Shown here in pieces: positions 38,962-51,638 of a stretch of 64,000 nucleotides of DNA. The stretch lies in the NCBI GenBank assembly GCA_025786725.1, contig JAHLTZ010000002.1, positions 124,001-188,000 on the forward strand, in the 5' to 3' direction. Under the pieces are notes generated by a model, which was not told the origin of the DNA, made no database searches, and saw only the letters and a list, made by a program, of their open reading frames with translations. The DNA comes from Syncephalis fuscata S228 (Eukaryota > Fungi > Zoopagomycota). The position numbers and the translations under genes were made by a program. Numbering within the stretch: the stretch's first letter is position 1; every line of letters begins with the position of its first letter.

Positions 38962-40625
38962 ATGTTGAATCGATTGGTACCCAATTCCTGCCGACTGCTT
39001 CCTTTGGTATGCATGCAGAGCAGAAGAAGTGGAACGCTATTAGGTAGGCAGTCGAGATTTGTGTCGGTTCTTTGTCAGCCGTCAAGTCAGTATAGTGGTA
39101 CTCGTGGATTACACGTCAGTACAACGCGCTTTACTTCTTACTCCACCGCGTCTACGCCTCCTCACTCACCCACCAGAGGCACCACCAATGAACTGACCAA
39201 CGACGGTGCACGTATACTCGATCAAACGTACGCGAAAGACACCCAGACCAATATCACCAATGCAATTTTAGCCAAAATCGGTCGTGGTCTACACCAACAG
39301 CCGGCTCATCCACTGGGCATAATGTCCGGACTTATTCGTGACCATTTCGGCTCTGACTACACGTATTACGACGCATTATCGCCCGTCGTATCATTGGAAG
39401 CTAATTTTGAGTCGCTTTGTTTCCCGGCTGACCATCCTGGCCGATCACGCAGCGACTCATACTATCTGAATCGTGACTGGATGTTACGTACACATACATC
39501 AGCGCATCAAGTGGAACTGATGCGTAAAGGCAATGACCGCTTTCTACTATCTGCCGATGTATATCGACGCGATGAAATCGATAAAACACACTATCCGGTC
39601 TTTCATCAAGTTGAAGGCGTCTGTCTATTTCCACAGAATAATGTAGAAGCGATAGTAGCGCCTAAACTATATACCGCGGCTGATAATCACGCCAATGCTT
39701 CAGATGATAATCCACGCCAATCATGCTATAAGCTTGAAGATACAATGGCTGTTGAATCACATTTAAAGGCAAGTTTAGAAGGCATGGTACGCCGTATATT
39801 CGATACGGCTGCACGTGCTCAGGGCCTTGCTAATACAGCGGATAACGAGTTGCGTATGCGTTGGATCGATGGCTATTTCCCATTCACTAGTCCCAGTTAC
39901 GAACTAGAAGTTTGGTACAACGGTCAATGGATGGAAATACTTGGCTGTGGCGTTATCCAGCATAGTATATTGAAGAATGCAGGTGAGTAGGGGGTATTAA
40001 TTATATAAATAATCATAACAATTAATTGCCATTGTTGTTGTTATCAGATCGTTCTACCTCTATAGGCTGGGCTTTTGGAATTGGACTTGAACGTCTTGCT
40101 ATGGCGCTGTTCCGTATTCCAGATATTCGGCTGTTTTGGAGTCAAGATATGCGGTTTCTCAATCAATTCTCTGCAGCAAATGTTACGCATTTCAAACCAT
40201 TCTCGCCGTATCCTTCATGTACAAAAGATATAAGCTTTTGGCTACCTGAAAAATCAACATACGAATTCCACCCCAATGATTTGTTTGAGCTTGTTCGAGA
40301 TATGGCCGGTGACCTTGTAGAGGATGTCAAGCTGGTTGGTTCTCTTGTAGACTAATTGAATAATGTACTGGTATTAATCGATATTAAATTTAGGTGGATC
40401 AATTTACACATCCAAAATCTGGTCTGGAAAGTCATTGTTACCGTATTATGTATCGATCTATGGACCGGTAAGTGTTATGATACAATGTTTTAATGAACAT
40501 AGTCAATTAATACCAATGATGCGCAATAATCAAACAACAGCAATGTAACCAACGATGAAATTAACGAAATACAAGATAAAGTACGCGAACATGCACCTAC
40601 TCGATTAAACGTCAAACTTCGCTAA
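38962..40625 (+). CDS. MSF1: Mitochondrial phenylalanyl-tRNA synthetase
   Basis: Presequence, then [66 protein letters not shown] and an FDX-ACB C-terminus. Three introns. Confidence 0.96.
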
Positions 40626-40806
40626 GTGACAAATAGTATGATGTCAATAACTAGTTAAACAAATTAAACTAATAAATACAGCCTTTATTATCGATAACTT
40701 ATACCAATTCATTGTTTAATACATCTTTGCAATAATCTGTCTAATTAAATAACTTTTACTATTACAACTCTTTATTTGTTTTCTACATTCTGATATTGCT
40801 TGTAAT

Positions 40807-42167
40807 TCAACCATCATCGGCTACAACTCGAGATGGAATAATAGCCCGTTTTATGTTATACAATTGAATTAATTCCTACATAGTAATCATGTTATAATTA
40901 TTGTATAAATAGCTATAACACAGCTTGCTTACCTGCCAGGTAGTTGGATCCAGTTCCATTACAATTTGCTTTTTAGTTAATCCTTGTTGATATTGCTCGT
41001 TTGTCGGCGGTAAGCAGCGTTCTATAATTAAATTAATACGTTATTCTGTTATACTGTTTATTTCCATTCTTTTACCTAGAATTGGTTGGCCCGTTTCATC
41101 GTCAATACTCGCCTTGCCATCTCTAATAAGAAACGATAAATGGAATAAATTCTCGACTGTTTGACCAAATGAATCGGGATTGATAATAAATTCAAATAGA
41201 TTGATAGGGCCCACTTGTTCGAGCAGATTGGCAATAGACATGACATTCTTTGTTGTTTCATTCTCGTCACGGACTACTTCATTACCTTGTAGCTAGTATC
41301 GATTAAGTAATTAATTGTAACACAATTTGTATTAATCATGGATAGCTTACCTCCGTGGGCTGTGCAGCCACAGCTGTTCGATCCGTTGTTCTATGCGTAT
41401 GTCGCTGTCGTGTGTGCTCTTTCGGCGTCAATGATAGAGGACCTAGACTAATCCGTAACAACAACAATATAGCTAGTATTTGTCGTCTTTTCTATGTATT
41501 TACGCTTGCTTACATAAAGTCACAAGTAGGTGCACGAGTCATATAGCCGGTAGATAGACGACCTATCCGTGTCCAATCCATACGACTTAATCGATCAGAT
41601 GCTGTATTCGCTGTATTAGATGCTGCCGACATTTCGACATTATGACGTCCACCCATAACAGTTACTAGGCGTGAAATGTATTCATCGACATCAAAAAGAC
41701 CATGTTCAATTCGCATACGTCGAGCCTTTTCATGATTAATATCGGCCGACAGTACCAGTAATCGTGAATCGAGTGTTGCTTCATAGGTCTGTTTAACTAT
41801 AGACTGTATAAGCGGTAAATCCACCTCAATAACCATTATTATATGTAAAAGATGCTTACCTTGGCCAATTAGATCTTCAGCCCGTTCTAGCGTTTGTAAA
41901 ATGCCATCCGATTCAAGATGCTGAAAATCAACACGATGTTCTAATAGAAGATATAATGATGCAGTTTGTTATTATAAAAGTATCTTTATTTAATAAATAT
42001 GTATACGTGTGTAGGTATATGTGCTTACTTTCGGTAGATTCAATAAGTTGGCGATACTCTTGTCGTAAAAAACGCTTTTCCGTTTCAGATTGGTCTGGGT
42101 CATAGACATCACGATTCGTAATCTTATTTAACTGCTGCGAGAATGCTGCTTCAGCCTGCGACTCCAT
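40807..42167 (-). CDS. NSE4: SMC5/6 complex kleisin subunit Nse4
   Basis: YDPDQSETEKRFLRQEYRQL, EATLDSRLLV, NETTKNV, INLFEFIINPDSFGQTVENLFHLSFLIRDG, WQELIQLYNIKRAIIPSR. Confidence 0.92.
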
Positions 42168-42312
42168 AAAGATACGATAGTTAAGAAGAATAGTTGGTAA
42201 AACAAGAATACGTAAAAGAATAGATCAGTTGCGCGTAAACAAAAAGAAAAATACAGAATCGCTTTATTTCTCTCTTTCTATACTTTTACTTTTACTTTTA
42301 CTATCAGCTACA

Positions 42313-42990
42313 ATGTATACATCTATTAACCAAGAATTGTCTACGATAACGACAACTACACACAGCGTAGTTAGACCAACAAAAATTCATCAGTTGGCCA
42401 AGGCATTTCGTCGACATACACCAGTCTATTTAGATTGTACACGTATTCGAGAGCCACCCCATCATCGATATAACCATTTTATTTCTAAACAAAATGATAC
42501 TTTTTTAAATAATAATAGTCAACGTGTTAGAAAGCAGCAGCGACAACAACAGCTTATTAATACCGCATCTGATTGTTGTACACATGCTCATTGTAAGCAA
42601 GCAGAACTAGCTCGATTTCAATCGATTCAAAGAAACCGAAACTATCATCAACTAAGCTGGCATCTACTAGGTATTTTTAGACCTAGTATTACGGCAATTA
42701 ATAATAGCACGAATATTGCAGAACCGCCTATAGCTGATTGCATTCGACTGTCGTCGCGTTCAATTGCTGAGTCGATGGAAATAGCAAGTGAGGCCTGCTG
42801 CTTGGCAAAATCTCTGCCGGTAAAATCTGTTCATCAAACACATAATGCAAATGAAGTTACTGGCCGGCCATCGCCTATCGACCACAAAGCAGTCAATCTA
42901 CGCGACAGACTTGCAAGTATAGAAAATTTTCTAAAATGCGACCTTGACCCATTGACTGAATCTATGACCGCCAAAGTGACATTTTTGTAA
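42313..42990 (+). CDS. Hypothetical protein
   Basis: Uninterrupted ORF of ~225 codons divergent from NSE4. No recognised motif. Confidence 0.5.
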   Translation: MYTSINQELSTITTTTHSVVRPTKIHQLAKAFRRHTPVYLDCTRIREPPHHRYNHFISKQNDTFLNNNSQRVRKQQRQQQLINTASDCCTHAHCKQAELARFQSIQRNRNYHQLSWHLLGIFRPSITAINNSTNIAEPPIADCIRLSSRSIAESMEIASEACCLAKSLPVKSVHQTHNANEVTGRPSPIDHKAVNLRDRLASIENFLKCDLDPLTESMTAKVTFL

Positions 42991-44208
42991 CAGCTTCTTT
43001 CTAACTGTAATCGTATTCTATTAACTGTCGTGCGGTTTCCCGACATTCAAGTATTGTATCAATAAAGACGTTTAAAACAAACCATTTTAGTCCGGTTTAA
43101 TGCTAATGGCCAATAATATGTTCTATAGTTTTTATATACCATGTGTATCTATCCATCTGTACCACCACGGAGTATGTTGCTTTAAGGCGGTCTCCCTTTC
43201 TCGTTGCTGTTTCAAGTGAATGTAGCCAATTTTGTTCATGGATGCTGCGAACTTTTCTCAATAAGCATTTGCCACAGTGTTTGATGGCAGTTACCATTTT
43301 TATCCACCTGATTTGAAAGAGCGCGACGGCGTTTATTTTTGAAGATCGGTCATTTATCTACCATGATGGACCCGCACCACCTTGTTTTTCCTTCTTCTTT
43401 CCGTTTCGCTGACTGTACGTCACATCTTTTTTGAATCATTAACGAACGATCAACAACAACAACTACTACTACAAAACTGCACGACCAACCATCTAAACAA
43501 CTAACTATTTGAGATCGATTGATTGAACAAATAAGTAACAAATAAATAAACGACGCCATCCACACGATTGGTACTAGCATTTGACGACGGTGTTGCACTG
43601 GCCTTTACACTTGTCCAGTACTATTAAATCAACTTTAAAGTAAGTTAATATATGCATAAGTATATATAAATATGTACATGTGTATATATATATTCTATAG
43701 CGTGAGTGAGTGCTTCATCATTTTGGTAATATTAAATGATTTACCCATGCCGAGCGACTATAGCCTCATATGCTCCCTTGTTAATAATTCATGTGTTTTA
43801 TTCGTATGCTTTAAATATAGAACTCGCCTGATAGATCCGCTTCAACGCCTATTACCATTGTTGCTGTTACCGCTACGGTTTCTACTGCTGCCTTGCCACT
43901 TGTCCGCCCTGTAACCTGTGGGCTGAAACAATCCAATTTTAGCTCCATCGCACAACAGGACAAATATACCACTTTTCAGCTTTGGCCTTTTCACCTATTT
44001 TCATTCTCCTTTTCCTTTATTGAATAACATCATTCTAAAGCTTTTGAATCTCGGCTGTGCCGTTGCTTTATTCGCTATTTATTGTCTTGCTTATTCGTGA
44101 CCCTTTTTTGTTTTCTCTTTTCTTTGCTTTGTAGTGCCTCTAGCTGACCTACAAGTCATTGCACGTTAACTCTATTTTACTTACTGCATTTTATTACCAG
44201 CTATAAGT

Positions 44209-45089
44209 ATGCGTTTCTCAACTCAAGGTGGCCGTATGCATCGTGTTGTCCGTATAAGCACGGCGCTGTTATTGGTTACACTTATTGCCATCAATGCACA
44301 AGCAGCCGTAATTCGTCGGGCAACTGACGACAGCGGCAGCAAGAGTGCCAGTAATGGTGGCGGTATTGGCAATATTAACCTACCATCTCTTGTAGGCGGC
44401 GGTAGCTCTTCCTCTTCCTCGAGCAAGGATACAACTACATCCAGTGGATCTGGTTCATCTAGTGATAAATCCAGTAGTACAGATACAAGCAAGAATACAA
44501 ACACAGATACTAGCAAGTCTACAGATACTAGCAAGTCTACAGACACTAGCAAATCTACAGATACTAGCAAATCTACAGACACCAGTAAAGATACCAGCAA
44601 ACCCAGTGACAAAAGCACTGGTAGTAGCACTACCGATGATAGCAGCAAGTCCACTTCATCAAGCAACACAAAGACTTCAACTTCAACCTCTTCATCATCG
44701 GCACCAGCTCCAGCATCCAATAACGGCAATCCCAACGCAAGCACTGGAGCTACCTCCAATGGAAATAAGGAAGGTGCAGCAGCAGCAAGTGATTCAACTG
44801 CACCTAACGGCACACCATCCAATAATGCTAACAGCGGCATATCTACCTCATCCATTGTTATGATAGTTCTTGGCAGTGTGGCCATAGCCTGTGTAGCGGG
44901 TCTTTTCATATTACGTAAATGGAAATTTACCGTAAGTTAATTTACACCCATTTATGTTTGAAACATATTAACCAAACCTTTATTTTATAATAGAACACAT
45001 CACGCCAGGCTCGTCTAGAAGTACCGGAATACTCTCGAGGACGATCGGATACGTCGGATGCCGCCTTTTTGCGACATCTTCGCAATTAA
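44209..45089 (+). CDS. Type I membrane protein, Ser/Thr-rich ectodomain (Mid2/Wsc-like topology), paralogue 1
   Basis: Signal peptide, TDTSKS repeats, TM IVMIVLGSVAIACVAGLFILRKWK, an intron, then a tail ending SDAAFLRHLRN*. Confidence 0.8.
44500..44597 (+). repeat. Coding 18-bp tandem repeat (TDTSKS)n
   Basis: ACAGAyACTAGCAArTCT repeated about 5 times. Confidence 0.9.
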
Positions 45090-45908
45090 GCCATCAATTT
45101 ACATGATAAATACTGTTATAAAGATAATTAATAGCGGTAGAAGCAGTAAAACAACTATAACAGCAACAATAGCAACACAATAACAGCAGTAGCAATAACA
45201 GCATTGCTATTATCATTTAATAGATTATATTTATTGGTCAAGAAAAGTAAAAGAATTGTATTATCTACTCTATATATGGATAGATAGATAGATAGATAGA
45301 TGGGTAGATACATATACATTAAGGCATCCATCCATGATACTTTTGATGTCTGTCTATAGTTACAAAAACTATTTAGCGCAACAAAATGTAACTATAGACA
45401 GCTGTATCTACATACAATCATTTTCTTTTTTTATTCTAAACAAGATATGGCGAACATGCCAATTATCTTTATTTAATAATCAACCCTCTAAGCTTAATGG
45501 CAAGTTAGAGACGATACTGAATACGCCGGCGCATTCAATAACCACCACTGTGGACTGTCTTTATACTTTTATCGCTATTGTTGCTATTGTTATTGTCATT
45601 GTTATTATTATTGTTAATCCATGACTTTTATTTCGTTTATTATGTGACTTGATATAAATTTGAATAGTTATAATTATTTTATTTTAAATGTCTATTAACA
45701 TGATATTACAAAGTGATTACTAGCACTATTGCCTTTTGTTACTATTAAAATTGGTTGGAATAATGTTTAAGACCATACCTTTCCGATCATTTCTCCATTT
45801 TAATCTTTTAAATCATTTTTTATTTAATTATTTAGTTGGTTAGTTGCTAGTTTATTGGCTTATTAATTGTTTAATTGATTATCTTCTATTATTTCTTTAA
45901 TATATATC

Positions 45909-45972
45909 GCCATTTATTTAGTCAAATTGACTATAGGGAAAGTGGCTGTCTAATAAGCGACTTTATAATAAT
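45909..45972. repeat. Short dispersed repeat family 1, copy 2
   Basis: Matches 2047-2110. Confidence 0.7.
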
Positions 45973-46998
45973 TTTATTAATCTTGATGTCTATTTTATTT
46001 AATTGTGTTTTGTCATTGCTTTTATCTTAAAGCTAATAAGTCCCAAGGTTTATTAGTTTTTTTAAATCGTCTTTTGTTATTATTAGCGTCATTACTATGA
46101 CCATAACTACGCCTATGCTATGCTTATCAATAGCTCTTCTGGTAGCCTTAATTGGCTTACTAAAACAATAATACGTAGATACACTAGCACTATGGGCCTT
46201 TCACACGTCTTCATCTAGTTTTATACATTATCATGACATTTACTAACAAACTAGCATTCTATTTTTTACACTTTCACCATTCATATCTCCGCTTTTAAAG
46301 TCCTTATTTTCTACACGGCTGGCCTTCAAATAAGTAGCCGGTTTTGGCTATCATTTTTCTTTCTTTTCATTATTGCACGCCAGTCACTTTTATTGCTTGC
46401 TTACTGCTTGCTCACTCTCGTGCTCTATTTTCGTCCTACATTCGTCCATCCATTTTCGCCTTTCCATTTTAGTGTTTCTGGCCTTTTCCCCTTTCTCAGC
46501 TTCTTTATCGCACACATCCACATACAGTATTCGGCTATTGTGTGGTTATTGTTGTTGCAGTTTTCTCTCTTGGTTACAACCTGCCTTTCTCATCTTGTTG
46601 GTCTGTCCTTTGAAGTACTATCAGCAAGGCACACTTATTTCACTACCAGTGTCTTCTTCTTCTTCTTCTTATTGCATACTATTAACTTCAGCAGTAGCAA
46701 TAACACTATAACTATTGTGGTATTCAACGTCATCTAGCATCTGCACGTTTACTATCTGCCTTATTTTGAGTAATAGTAGCTAACTTTTACTTGAGTTTTT
46801 TCGGCGTTCTACAAAAGAAGTCGACCAGTGTTTACCAGTTCTTGTTTCAGCCGGTTACTTTTCTTTCTTTTCTTTGATTTGTTACGCATTACGGCCTAAA
46901 CCTCAATTTGTAAGTAGTCTATTGTCTTTGTAGTCGTAATTGACTGGGATATATTGATTGCAGACTTTTATTAACGGTTTTTCTTTTAGTTTTTCAAC

Positions 46999-47792
46999 AT
47001 GCTTAAGCCAAGATGGAGCATAGCTTTTTTTGTACTGTTGTTTGCAGTTCTTGGCGCTTGGATATTGGTTCAAGCGCAAGTTAACACGCCTCAAACTCCA
47101 TCCGGGCCATCGCCAGGCGGTAGTGGTAAGTCTATTTTGGTTTAATAATAATAATAACTTATTAAACTTTTATATAATCATTTATAGGTGGCAATGGCAA
47201 TAGTAATAGTAACAGTAATAGCAATAGTAACAGTAATAGTAATAGCAACAGTAATAGCAACAGTAATAGCACAGAATAGCAATAGCAATAGCAATAGCAA
47301 TAGCAATAGCAATAGCAATAGCAATACTAATGGCGGCAAACCTAGCGATACCAGCAAGTCTAACACTAGTAAGCCTAGCGAGACCAGTATTTCTGGCGCT
47401 ACAAAAGGAACAGATGGAAAATGGACCATGACAGACACTGGTTCAACTGTGTTTATTCCCGATCCATCCACTCCTAGTAATGATGCCAATAATGACAAGA
47501 CGGATTCTTCGGATAGCAAAAGCGGCTCTAATATGACACTTATTATTACCGGCTCAGTAATCGGTGGTATTATTGTGCTATCTATTATTGGTCTATGCAT
47601 CTTCCGTAAAATCAAACTTAAGGTAGTGCATTATTACAGTTATTATTATAATATTTAACTTTAATCTCTTTTTATTAATAGTCGAGCAATCGTCGTTTTA
47701 ACAAGCCGGAATTGGGTGAAACATTTAACGATCATTTCCGTCCACGAACACACGAGTCAGATACCGTATTTCTACGTAATCTACGTGATTAA
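46999..47792 (+). CDS. Type I membrane protein, (NS)n/Ser-Thr-rich ectodomain, paralogue 2
   Basis: Signal peptide MLKPRWSIAFFVLLFAVLGAWILVQA, intron 47126..47187, (NS)n repeat with a frameshift at ~47270, TM ending LCIFRKIKLK, tail ending ESDTVFLRNLRD*. Confidence 0.75.
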
Positions 47793-48703
47793 GCACTCTA
47801 TGATTGCCTATGTGTATCTACAATTCAGTGTCTGGTTAATGAGGCTTATTACTTCAATATACTATTGATATTTAGGTAAATTGCAAGTAAAGTTCAATCT
47901 ATTAATTTGAACAATGGCTCTATCCGTTCCTTTTCTATCTATCGACCCTCTCTCTCTCTTTCGCTCTCTTTCGCTTTCATCTACTTAGCTATCTCTATCT
48001 ATATTATTTTATGACGATGGCAATGCAAAGAAACTTTGTTATTCATTCATTTGTCTGTTCATCTATCTGTTCACCACGATGCGTAATGCATATAGGTGTC
48101 TGTTTGTGTGTCTATGAGTTGCACTGTAAGAGCACTTTCGTATGCTCTTGTAGCTGCATTCAGCTCATCGACAACGCTTTATTTCTATTGATTTCTTTGT
48201 CGACTGCGTTGTATACACTGGTATTACTATTTCTACTATAATATCAATAACAAAGCAATGACTGGATAAAACACGGATGTTTATTTTATGATTATATTAT
48301 TTAATATTTATGATGAATGAATGAATGAATACACCATCGTATTATTAGTTATATTGCAATCATCATCTATAACATGAATATATGCATCATAGTAATGTTC
48401 AGTCATCACATGATTGACTCATTGAACTGCAATCCTTGGCATTTATTATTGTCAAATCAATGGTTGAGTTGTAGTTAACAACAACAACAACACTTTCCCA
48501 TATAACTGACTGGTCTATAAACACCCACTGACCGACTATTATATTTTCTTCTTTTTCTATTATTGTGTGATTCTAAACTGTGTTGTCATCTTGTTTGTGA
48601 TACGGGCTATTACTCGTTTATTTGTTTCTATATAGTGTATAGCATATTGCTGGCCTTATTGTGGCTGTAGAGAAGGAGAGACGAAGGAAGAGTGGCAACC
48701 GCA

Positions 48704-51638
48704 ATGGCTTCATCGCGTTTACTATCCACAGAACCATATAGTTCTTTCAGTGTACTATTTTCCAAAGCAATGATCATCCTTGTAGAACTAGTTCTACTGA
48801 TCACTTTACTAGGCCATGGTATGCCATCTACAGTGGTGGAGGCGGGCACTACTGTAGTTGATATATTATCGCAGTCGGCCAACTTTTCGCAAGTCGTGAC
48901 TGCACTCCAATTATCTCGACTGATTCCTTATGTCAATTCACTGCGTAATTGTACTCTATTTGCACCAACCGATCAGGCATTTGCCATGCGTTCTGATCTA
49001 CGCCTACTGATGGTGCATTCGCAGAAGGGACGAGAAGAGGCACGACAAGCATTACGCGATAAATTGCTATATCATCTTGTACCGGGTGATCGCTGGGATC
49101 GGCGACACTTGCTTAACCAGCCTATGCCTTTGCCACCCACCAATGATACACTGCTTGCTAAAGAGGCTGATCCGGATACTGAACAGAAAATACGTGTATT
49201 AGGCTCGGCCTATTTAAACGGCACATGGATGGGCGGTGCAGGTGTTGCTATGAAGATTGAAATAACCGCCACGCCACCCGCACGTAGTATGGGCAATGGT
49301 AGCGATGATAGTAATGGAGATGAAACGCTACCTGAAATGCAAATAAAAGTGGCAAATTCAGCAATGGTACTACGACCTGATTTACTTGCTACTCGAGGTA
49401 AGTTGATAATCTATGTGTATGTGCTACGAGTTGATTAAAAAATATGTAATTTATTAATAGGTGTAGTTCATGAAATGGATGACTTTTTAACACCGCCCCC
49501 AGATATTGGTAAGTATTTAATAACATTAACTAGTAATTTATTTAATTAATAGTATTTTATAATAGGTACTTTATTGTCACATATGGCTGATACTGATCAG
49601 GCACAACAAGCACTTGCTCAGATTGCTTTGGAACAGAAATTGAATGGACCTGGACCATGGACAATATTCATACCTGAAGATAAGCCTTTCCGTGAAATGC
49701 ACTGGGTTGAACGACGCTATCTGGCCCATCAACGTGGCAATGATGATTTATCACAGCTACTGGGCTACCATGTACATAGAGGTCAAGTATATGCAAATGA
49801 ACTGCTCAACAATGCATCAGCCCAAAATGGTATGTAGATAGTTGGACTATATTAAAATGTGACTTTTATTAATACCATGGAACAATAATAATAATACTAG
49901 TAAAAACATTACAGGGCGAATCAATAAAAGTCTCACGTAAAGATGACCAAGTAAGCGTGAATGGCGTACCTTTAGAAAGCAGCGATTGGATTGGATCAAA
50001 TGGTAGGTGAATCTATTTAGTAACAATATATTGTTATAGCGTTTATAATTGAATAGGTGTGATCCATACAATTAAATCAATATTACAACCAAAGGCATTT
50101 TTCTTAAATTCCTACAAATATCTTATTGGCTTGGATGCCACACAGTTTGTTGATGATTTATCGACCACTAGAATGGACCCCATAACCAATGATACAAGCA
50201 AACCATATACTTTTATAGCTGTGGCTGATCCTCAATTAACAGGCACGGCGATGAATTCATTGCGTGGCGAAGAACTTGTTCGACAATTACAATATCAAAT
50301 TATTCCAGGTTCGCTTATTCATAATAACCAAAGCAATTATCAATTGGCTCGTTCAATATTGACCGATGCAGAAACACAAGGTGTTCATCAACCAGTACGT
50401 GTACAGCTGGACAGCCAAGGTCAAGCAACACATATCAACGATGTGGAGGTGGCGATTGGACCAAGTAAGTACTATAACAAATAGAGCCATTTATAGCAAT
50501 TTTAACCACGCATGCCTCTATTCTAGTTACTATTGGCAAACATACCATTTACATGCTAAGATCGCCGTTCTCGGCCCCCACACGCGTTGCCGATTTTCTA
50601 AATAGCTCCAATGATAGCAGTACCTTTTTGTCGGCACTATCAACCACTAAGCAATTGGCAGATGTGCAGAATGGTAAGGCCATGACGCTGTTTGTGCCTA
50701 CAGAAGCGGCATTCAATACGCTAGGTCTAGTATATGATGCCATGCAATTACCTGGTGCTGAGCATAAACTGCTGAATGTAATAAAATCCACCATAGCAGT
50801 TGATGGCGTGCTCTATAGCGACATGATTACCGATAAGCCATACGAGATACCGACACTAGGCAATGGTACAATCACTCTTGAGCGTGTAAAAGATCCATCG
50901 GATTCAGCCAAAGAGCAGATTCGTATTCGAGGCCAGTCGAGTATCGGTGCCACTAATGCAACCATTGTTGCACCCGATCTACCAATCCGCAATGGTGTTG
51001 TTCATCGTATTGACAACATCGTTGTGCCATCCGGTGTTGAATTCACTCTACGTGAACTATTCCAAGCAGCCGGTGGCAATACGTTCTTAAAAGCCATTGA
51101 CCGCCTAGGACTAGGTAGTCTTATTGATGCCCATAAGCCTGACTTATCCGGTGGCTATACCTTTTTCGTGCCAAGTGACGAAGCCTTTGTACAGTTTAAC
51201 GACACATTGCTATTTAAGGATGAAATGCGTATGCGTCGTATTATACTTGGACATATTGTAGCAACACGCATCAACATTGGACACGAGGGCAGTGCAGGAC
51301 TCGAGTTTGCCACATTATTAAAGGATCGAAGCATCCATCTAGAATTTGAACGGGGCAATGGTCGACTAAAGGTTGGCATACGACTCCATGGCAAGGATAA
51401 AAACCAGCTTGGCGAAGATCGTTTAGCGACCATTGAACGCAGCGGTAAAATTCCTATTGGTGTTGTTCATCGTATTGATACGGTACTGCTTGATGGCCGC
51501 ATACCCGGCTGGTCCTGGTGGATTGTACTGCTAGGCACGATGGGTGTAGGCGGTGCCATGGGTGGCGGTGGCTTCTACGGCTACCAAACCTGGATGAAGC
51601 GACGACGAGAAGCAGCCGGCTACGAATCATTAGCATAA
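48704..51638 (+). CDS. Multi-FAS1 (fasciclin) domain type I membrane protein
   Basis: Repeated H1/H2 motifs TLFAPTDQAF, TIFIPEDKPF, TLFVPTEAAF, TFFVPSDEAF and NGVVHRIDNIV/GVVHRIDTVL. N-terminal signal, C-terminal TM and GYESL. Confidence 0.92.

Noticed and set aside
44500-44597. CRISPR-like regular repeats
   Set aside because: This is a coding tandem repeat with no unique spacers, in a eukaryotic context.
44223-44909. Long antisense ORFs over the Ser/Thr-rich genes (also 47178-47615)
   Set aside because: They are by-products of repetitive codons on the sense strand.
45277-45310. (GATA)n tract, and (AAT)n at ~59017-59052
   Set aside because: Ordinary microsatellites.
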